Source: Somniosus microcephalus (Eukaryota). From it: DNA of 64,000 nucleotides. The notes below the pieces were generated by a model, which had not been told where the DNA came from, made no database searches, and saw only the letters and a program-made list of their open reading frames with translations. Positions 48,101 to 57,100 of the stretch are shown in pieces. Position 1 is the first letter of the stretch, and the number at the start of each line of letters is the position of its first letter. The translations under genes and the position numbers were made by a program. The stretch lies in assembly GCA_052327205.1 (NCBI GenBank), contig CM126220.1:24986001-25050000 (forward strand). Reading direction: 5' to 3'.

Positions 48101-51100
48101 ATTCTCAACCTTTTTTTCCCAAATAAAGAGAAAAGCACTTTGTTGATTTTTATTATCCAAACAGAGCACCTTATCCATTTGGGACAGAAGTAAGGTATGG
48201 ACAGCAACGAATTTGTTTCTTAAGAGAAGGAACTTGCATTTTTAATACGTAGAAGGAATTTATCAGTACGGTTTAAGGAGAAACATTTTGCTTGTCAAAG
48301 AGTCAAAACACTATTGAGGAACAGTAAAGTGACTTCTCTCAGCATACAACTCCTCTGAGCTGAATCAGTCCATAGCCTTAAAAGAAAGTTTTTTTTTCTG
48401 ATGTCAAAGCTCTTGTCGAGTGCAGACTGAGCCAGAGAGACTTGGAAGGCCCCAGGTTCAATCCCCAGTCTGTGCTGAGGATGCTACAATTGTCAGAATA
48501 GTAAAAGACCCTCTGAACCGGACTCGTCTTCTCACAATTCCTTACTTTGGTCATATCCCGATCCATCTTCACTACTTTCTCCATGTTGGCTCCAGTGCCC
48601 AGTCGGAAAGGACGTCCCTCTGAGCTACTGCAAAGGAGAGAGATGAAATTATTACCTAACAGCACAACTGAACATTTTACTTCACAATTGCACCGTCACC
48701 TCACTTGATACAACCTATACTTCTCCACTGCACAGCCATGAGGGATCATCTGGCATATCTAAAACTGCACTGGGAGTGACACCAGGTACCACCTTCAAAA
48801 GTGAATAAATTAGGAAGTAAAAACACAGCCTTGCCCAAGTCTTATTTTGGATTGAACTGAAAATTTAAAATAGAAATTGTCTTTTCATATGCTATTCCTA
48901 ATTTAGTTAACAATCACCAATGGCTCAGTGCTAATTGCTGTGATTAATTTGAAACTGAAACATATAAACGAGGAAGCTCCCAAATTCAATTAATGGTCCC
49001 TACTAAGTTAACTGATCTAAGCTGAGGCAGTTTTAGGGGCACGACAAACTATTTCCGAACTAGGAAGGGAAAAAAGCCAGACTTGCAACTGCTGATTTGT
49101 TCTGGAAAGTGTGGATATCAGTTGATGACATAATATGCATTTCAGCTCGTGTTTCGATTCACGATGTGTGCTAAATTAGATGGTGGTGGTGTATGCATGG
49201 GTGGGCTGTGCGAGTGTGGACAGCATTGGACTCAATTGTAATCCCAGCCCCCAACCTATAATCAAAGAGCCTGCCGATATTCCCTGTCCAGGCTCTCAAG
49301 AAGCTGTAGGCATGAAACCTCCTCGGTGAGATCCTAAAGAATAGCCAGTACCGATGGACCATACCCCAGCATCTTCAGGCAAGGGGAGGAAATAGGTGGC
49401 GGAAACGAGAACAACACTTCTGCACCTACCTGAGTAATGGCTGAAGGACTTCATGGGATGACTGATCTTCACGTTTATGAATTAAGATCGACAGTTTACC
49501 ATCTACTGCCTCGCATTCCTCTCCACCATCTTTGTCTGTTTTTATTGAGTTCTTTGGGCTGGATTTTGTAAAGGAAGAACCAGCTTCTGATGTGCTAGGA
49601 GACAGCACGGTCTGACACCCTGAGGACAGAGTGTTAAATGTTCAGGTTCTGAAACAAACATCTTTGGCCAATACTACTCTGTTGGAGTGCCAGATTTCCA
49701 CCACCCTAGGCTACTGAAGCTATGTGAACACTCTCGGCAGAAATGTAATTATTTAATTTCCTCACTTTACACTATTCAAGACTACTTCTACATATAATTC
49801 TGTAACTGGTAGTGTATAACCAGTTTTTGACATCTCACCAACAGTAATTCTCACCAAGAAACTTTTAACATTTATCGCAATAAAAAAAAAAAACTGGTCC
49901 GTGCTGGTTAGTGGATCTCAGCTGGAGTAACAGGATTGTTGGTATACCTTCCCTCAGCACATTTGGGTTAGCCAAGGGAAGAAATAACACCATGCCTGCC
50001 TCTGATCAACATTCAGTGAACTGTCGCAAAGTCCACATTTGTGGACTTGAGCGGAGGACGGGGATAGGGCTCAGCTGTGATGCCCCTTTTGTAGAATAGC
50101 CTACCAATATTGAACTGTGTAGGCTCACAAATGAAGAATGTACCGCGTGGAGTGCTGATGCCAAAGAAACCTTATACCAGCAAGACAATACCTTCAGGGC
50201 AGGAGGGACAAAAAGGGAGGAAAATGAGAAGAAACAGAATTTAGATCCTTGGTTTCAGGTAAGCAGCACTTTTTAGATTCCCAGAGCTTTAGGAATATAC
50301 TTGTGCAATCATAAGGTTAAATCCACAAGGTTAATAAAAAAAATAGGAGCAGGAGTAGGCCATTTGGCCCTTCGAGAATTTAATAAGATCATGGCTGATC
50401 ATCTATCTCAACTCCACCTTCCCACACTACCCCCATATCCCTAGAGTCTCTTAGTATCCAAAAATCTATCGCTCTCTGTCTTGAATATACTCAACAACTG
50501 AGCATCCACAGCCCTCTGGGGTAGAGAATTCCAAAGATTCACCACCCTCTGAGTGAAGACGTTTCTCCTCATCTCAGTCCTAAATGGCCAACCCCTTATT
50601 CTGAGACTGTGACACCTAGTTCTAGACTCTCCAGCCAGGGGAAACATCTTGCCTAATCAAAGACTCATGCCAGTCACTAGCCCCACAGCCACTCTAACCC
50701 CATTTATCTTCAGCTCTGCTTTTTTCCACAACCTCTCTCTCAGCTGATGGTGCAGAAATCTCCTTGGCCTCAGCACCTGACCTTTCCAGTGAGTCACACC
50801 AGAGCCAGAAGGCGGTGATCGCCTGAAAACAGTATTTTCAACATAAAAAGATACACACGTCATCTGTAAACCAAGAACACATTGGAAACCAGTGGCTCAC
50901 ACAAAATAGGCATTAATTTCTTACTGCAATTAAAAGGGATGGTAGCCAGTATGTTTTATAGTTATACACATACCTGCCTGTCTAAGGGTGAAAGACAAAA
51001 AGTTGAACTACAGTAATTACTTTAGGAGTGAGACCATTGGCCAATTCCAGGGCAAGACCAGGTAGATAGGTTAAATGGTTTGAGAGGGCAGGCAGATTAG

Positions 51101-54100
51101 TAGATTAAATGGCAAAAAGTTAACTTTCCAATTTAGCTGTACATTACTACTCATAGGCCAGCAACTTACCTGGTACAACATAATCAGCAAGTTTCGCCAA
51201 CAGAAGTGATGCAATATTTGAAGCAGGATCACCGGGGTCATCCTGTTCGTTGTCGAGGGAAGGTACAGAATAGCTCCATGGAGGCAGTTCCACATTCCCA
51301 CAATCCTCCACACTCATGAGAGGCAAGGCAGCACGGCACAGCTGAAGGATGATGAGTACCAGCTTGGGGGATGGTCGCTGGTCTAACAACAATGAAAGGA
51401 GCTTGGACACGCAGGCAGGCTGGCTCAGGATTGCTTTACCAATCTGACTTCTGATGAGAAGACCAGAGATAAAGTGCATGATTAAGTGAGTGATAAATTT
51501 GCTTTAGTTTACAAATGTCTTATGCATATTACGTACAAGACAAGATAGTCTCTGCTTGAAAAATCAGCCTGGCATATCAGTCACTTGATATTATTTGACA
51601 CGTTTGATCTATTCATGTTACCTCCTACGCCAAGTTTAAAAAATGTTGAACATATAGAAAACATATGAAAAGTGCATTTCAACACTAAATAAAAGCAGCA
51701 ACACTGAATCGATTTACCAAATATGCTAATCACCTGTAACTTGTACTAAAACATTGTGCATCATTTCAGTTGAAATTCAGCATAATTGTACTGTACTGTG
51801 CTATGTAATAAAACAAACAGTAATGGCCCTGTGACCATGCACTTTGGTTGCGGGAGATCGCCGTCCACAACGCCCAATTACAAAATAACATGAAGTGGAA
51901 TTAAAGCACCCCACATTCTTCATTCACTGACATAACGGAATACAGACAGCACGCAACAAAGGGCCACTCAGGTTACATGAACGTGATTCACTCCAATGGC
52001 AGCAAAGGCGGCATTTTCAGCGTGCTCCACTCATACACTACACTTCAGTAAAACATGGGAACCTTGTAAAACTATACTGTATACATACATTACACAAAAG
52101 CAGCAGACGGTTGGGTTCTTGGAAACTGTTATGTGCCTGAGATTCACAAAAGTCTCAAACTGTACATACATATTTCTGAATGCATCTCCAATCAACTGTT
52201 ATCCTAAATGCGTGCTCCCTACCTGGAAAGATCATTTAGGAGGCTGAGTACATCCTGCAGTGCGTCATTCCCTGCTGCTTGATTCCCACAGCATTCAGTA
52301 GCACGGGCAAGATGATTGGTCAATAGGCTTGACACTTGACGAGCTAACCCAGAATGGACTGCATTTGTTGATACACCTGGGAGGGAGGGGGGAGGGGCAG
52401 AGAAATGGAATATACATTAAAGATACCAGTAATGCAGCCTCTTGTACAAACTGCCTAATGCAATTGGAGCACAGCACAACATCCCAAGCCAAAACAAAAC
52501 TCGTTACAGACCCACAAAGACTAAAGTTTCGATCATGAACTGAAGGAATCCCATTTTAAAGGAAAAATCCACAGATTCAGTTGTTCTAGGGATGGCTATA
52601 AGTTAAGAAAAAACAAAGCCAGGAATAAACTGATTTTACAAAGCTTGGCTTATACTGCATTAGGCATGTGGGTTTACAATTACTTGCGTATTCCTGTGTA
52701 TTTAACTATAGCCCCTGCCTGCTTTCACGTGACTTGCGGACCTTGTCAGACAGCGAGGATAGGGTACTTCACATATATAGCCACTTGGTCAAAGTATATT
52801 TTAACTACTCCTTGGAAAGAAATTGCTCCACAATCAACCAGTGGGTGGAGCACTTGTAGCAGCCAAGTGCATCAGTGTCAGCTCTTCATTCCAGAGAACA
52901 GGAACAATTCTCACAAGACAGTCTGCCTGGTCGCCCACCACAGGACCCAATAAACTGATTCTCCAACTGTGGGAAACACACTGAAGTTACAGGCAGCTAT
53001 TCACCTCCAAACCGGCAACAAGCAAACTGGCCTGTACTACAAGGAAGTGGCTGGCAAACCTTTTTTTTTTGAGGTTGAGGGAAGAGAAGAACTTGAGGTA
53101 AAACTATTAACAGGCCTATCAGAAAGAGATCAATGGCCGTCTCTCATCACCAAAGTGCACTTCTCATTGAGCCACACACAATCCTTTCATAAAATTAACA
53201 GGAATTTTGTTTTAATTGAATCAAAGTGAAGAGCCATGGTCCACAGTGCAGGATCAAACCAAGGCCAAACAGAGTGCAAGAGAAGACAAGGTAAATCAGG
53301 AACTAATGAATAACACTAAGCTTGGGTTTTAATAGCTCGAAGATTGTAAGGTGGGAGCAGGGAGACATAGTTGCATTTGTGAAGGGTAACTCTCACCTTC
53401 TTCTTTCTCCCACTCCACACAGCGATTAGCCAGTACCTGGAAGGCAGCCCAGGCCATGGTAGCGACCTTCTGTTTCCTCGTCTGTTTTTCACTGGAGCTA
53501 CTTTCTCGCTGGCTCGTCAGGCTGCAGAGCCTGTCCATGAGCTGCACCAAGCCACTGCGCACCAGGCATTTCTCCTCACTCCTAAACACACCAGACAGGG
53601 AAAAAACAGGTTTCCGGATATGCGAAAAAATACATAAGAGGCTGTAATGAAGAATAAAATTCCTCAAACATTGGTGATTAACAGCAGCTTGCATTGCCAA
53701 ACAAATCTCTCTGTAGTTCCTGAACTGTTTTCCTGGCTGCACAAGGCTCAATTATCTGGAACTCAAATTGATAACTATGCCTTTTAAATTACATTTTTCC
53801 AGTAATCTCCCTTCATGATGGTGTATGCTTTCATGGCTTCCAATCACTTCCTTTGTGGCTATTCACATGTCAACCTAACCAATGAGTGTTGGCAAACTAC
53901 TTCATAGTGAGCGACATAGGAGACAACCTCTGTTCTCACTTCACGTGCACACACACTTGCTTTCCAACAGGGATAACTGGATAGTGATCAGGAATGGGAA
54001 CTTTAGTTGATTTTCTCCTCCCTAGCACAGAGGCAGAGAGATGAATTGTAGCTCTACTACCAGATCAATTAACCCAGTACATACTGGTAATTTAAACAGC

Positions 54101-57100
54101 TCTTTTAAAATCATTTTGATTTAAATTGGTTTATTAAGGTGTACAATTGATAATTATTTAGGTTATGAAGCCTGGCAGACTTCAGCTGCATGAGTGTCAG
54201 TACCATGCACCTCAAGGAGGCATGCACAGTGTGCATTGGTATATGCTCAGCTGTGCTCGATGACCTACATTGGCTTCCGATCTGGCAACACCTCAAATTT
54301 AAAACTCTCATCCTTGATTTGAAATCCTTCCATGGCCTTGCCCTGCCCCGCCCTATCTCCAACCTCCTCCAGCCCTACAACCCGCTGAGATCTCGCCACT
54401 CCTTCCAATTCTGGCCGCTTACGCATCCTCCATTTCCATTGCCCCACCATTAGCAGCCATGCTTTCAGCTGCCTAGGCCCTTAGTTCTGGAATTCCCTCC
54501 CTAAACCCCTCTACCACTCTCTCTCCTCCTTTAAGATTCCCCTTAAAACCTACCACTTTGACCAAGCTTTTGGTCATCTGCACAAATACCTCTATGTGGC
54601 TTGGTGTCAATTTTTTGTTTGATAACGCTCCTGTGAAACGCCTTGGGACGTTTTACTACATGAATGGTGCGATATAAATGAAAGCTGTTGTTGAATGTCC
54701 TTACAATAACTGAGTGAATGTTCAATGGTTTAAAAAAAAGGCATTACTGATCACAAATAAAATTAAATCTGGCACAAATACGTGAATAGCACTAATTATA
54801 TTGCAGCAGAAGCTCCACAGGACCATCAAGGGATACAGTTACAGTTCTCAATGCACAGCAGAATGTAACAGCTGGTTATTTCTGGAACCAAGCATCCATT
54901 AATGACAATAATCGATCATATATTTGGATATATGAAACCATTCAAGCTACAAGGATGCACTGAAAGTCAGATGTCAGTAGCACAAATAGTTAAAAACTAA
55001 AAATACATTTCACTGCAGAAGGTTTTTTTTTACAGCTCTATCAAATGTGCTTACAGTACACTTTATCCCCATGGGTTCAACAATAGAACAATTAGTCCAG
55101 CTTAGCCAACTCGGCACTGCGAATGCCATCATAAGCTAATACCAGGATGTATACAGAATCTATCACATTGGTGGTTTGTATAATCATCATCCAATTAAAG
55201 AACTTTAATGTTTTTTTCTTCTCACCGATTTTCTTTCTTTCTGCCAGGCTACAAACCCCCAGTTTTCTGTCACCCTCCAGAATTTCACCTGATTGGCCAG
55301 TATTCAGAAAGGGTGGTGGAGGCAGATTCAATCACGGCTTTCAAAAGGGAGTTGGATTAAGTATATGAAGGAAAGAAATTTGCAGGGCAACGGGAAAAGG
55401 GCAGGGGAATGGGACTAGCTGAAGTGCTCTTGCAGAGAAGCTGGCACTGGCTCAATGGGCCGAATGGCCTTCTTCCATGCTGTAACCATTCTATGATGCT
55501 AACCTGGATACTGAGTGCTAGCAGTCTAATTCAGCGCCGGGTTTTTTTTCCGGGGGGGTTGGTATGTAAGGTTATTGGATCCTAAATCGGGAGAGGGATC
55601 CTTGGCTAGTTCTTCCCTCCCTAACATAAATTTAGCACTCCTACCAGTGCCCTGGTTGAATTGGGCTAAGTTAGCACAGACCAAGGATTAAATCTTGGTC
55701 TGTATGGTTGAGGCACTCAGTGCAAACCTGCTGAGCCAACTTTTACCATGTGGAGCTTGGAAACAATGTCACTTCTTTCCAGTGTGACAATCACTACAAA
55801 GCTAGTTATACTGTACACACTGTCCATTTTGCGTCGCATAAGAGCAGCAGACAAGGTTTGCAGCGTCAAAATCAGAATTCGTGTAATGCCCAGTTTGAAG
55901 GTTAGCCACGTCCCACTGTGAACTTATAGAATTGGCAAAATGCTCACATCTGCAATCCTTCCAGGATGGAAACATTTCAACAGGGAAAACACTAATCCTT
56001 TGTGTATTTGAAGAATACCATCAATTGCAAAATTTTCTTTGGTCTCCAGAACTGCTTCCCAGCAGTCACAATTTTAATTGGTTAACACTGTTCTATAAAG
56101 ATTTTTTTTTAAACTTAGTTGATATGAAAGAAGAATCTTCAGATGCTGGAAATTTAGGCCAGGGTTGATTTGAATGTGGAGGGTGCGGCCAGCCTGGTTG
56201 AGCCCGAGACAGTGGCCGGGGAAGGGGGTGGAATCGGTTTAAGGGTATGGAATTTGAGGCTCGAGGCAAAGGTGATGATTTCGGTGTTCCCAATATTTAA
56301 CTGAAGGAAATTGCAGTGCATCCAAGACTGGACCTCTGACAACATAGAGGTAGTGGCGAGGTCAAGAAAGGTGATTGAGAGATAGAGCTGGGTGTCGGCA
56401 GCGTACATGTGGAACCTGACGCTGTGTCTTTGGATGATGTCGCCAAGGGGCAGTATGTAGACAAGGAATAGGAGGGGGCCACGGTAGAACTTTGGTGGAC
56501 TGCAGAGGTAACCGTGCACAGGTGGGAAGATAAACCATTGCTGGAAATATTCTGGCTACTATCGGATATTTAAGAGTGAGGGTTGTCCTACTGAACTAAA
56601 CAGAAAAGAGGCATTGGAGGAGGATGATGTGGTCGTCAGTGTCAAAGCCTGCAGAGGTGAAGGACAGATTATGCACCAGTCACACAGGATGTCATTTGCA
56701 ACTTTGGTTTGGGCCTTTTCGGTGCTTTGGCAGGGACAGAAACCTGATTGGAGAGACTGAAACGTGGAGTTGCGGGAAGGATGGGCATGGAATTGGGAAG
56801 CAACAACACGCTCAAGGACTTTGGAGGGGAAACTGAGTTTGTAGATGGGGTGGTAGTTTTCCAGGACAGAGGGATCAAGGGTGGGGTTTTGGGAAATGGC
56901 GGCAATTTTGAAAGAGAGGACAATATCGGAGGGGAGGGGAGCATTTACAATGTCAGCTTGCATGGGGCCAGGAAGGGAGTTGGGTTATCAGAAGTTTAGT
57001 GGGAATGGGCTCAAGGCAACAGGAGGTGGAAGCATGGATGAGGTAAGTTCGGAGAGGGCACAAGGGGAGATAGAAGAGAAACTAGAGAGAAATGCAGATT

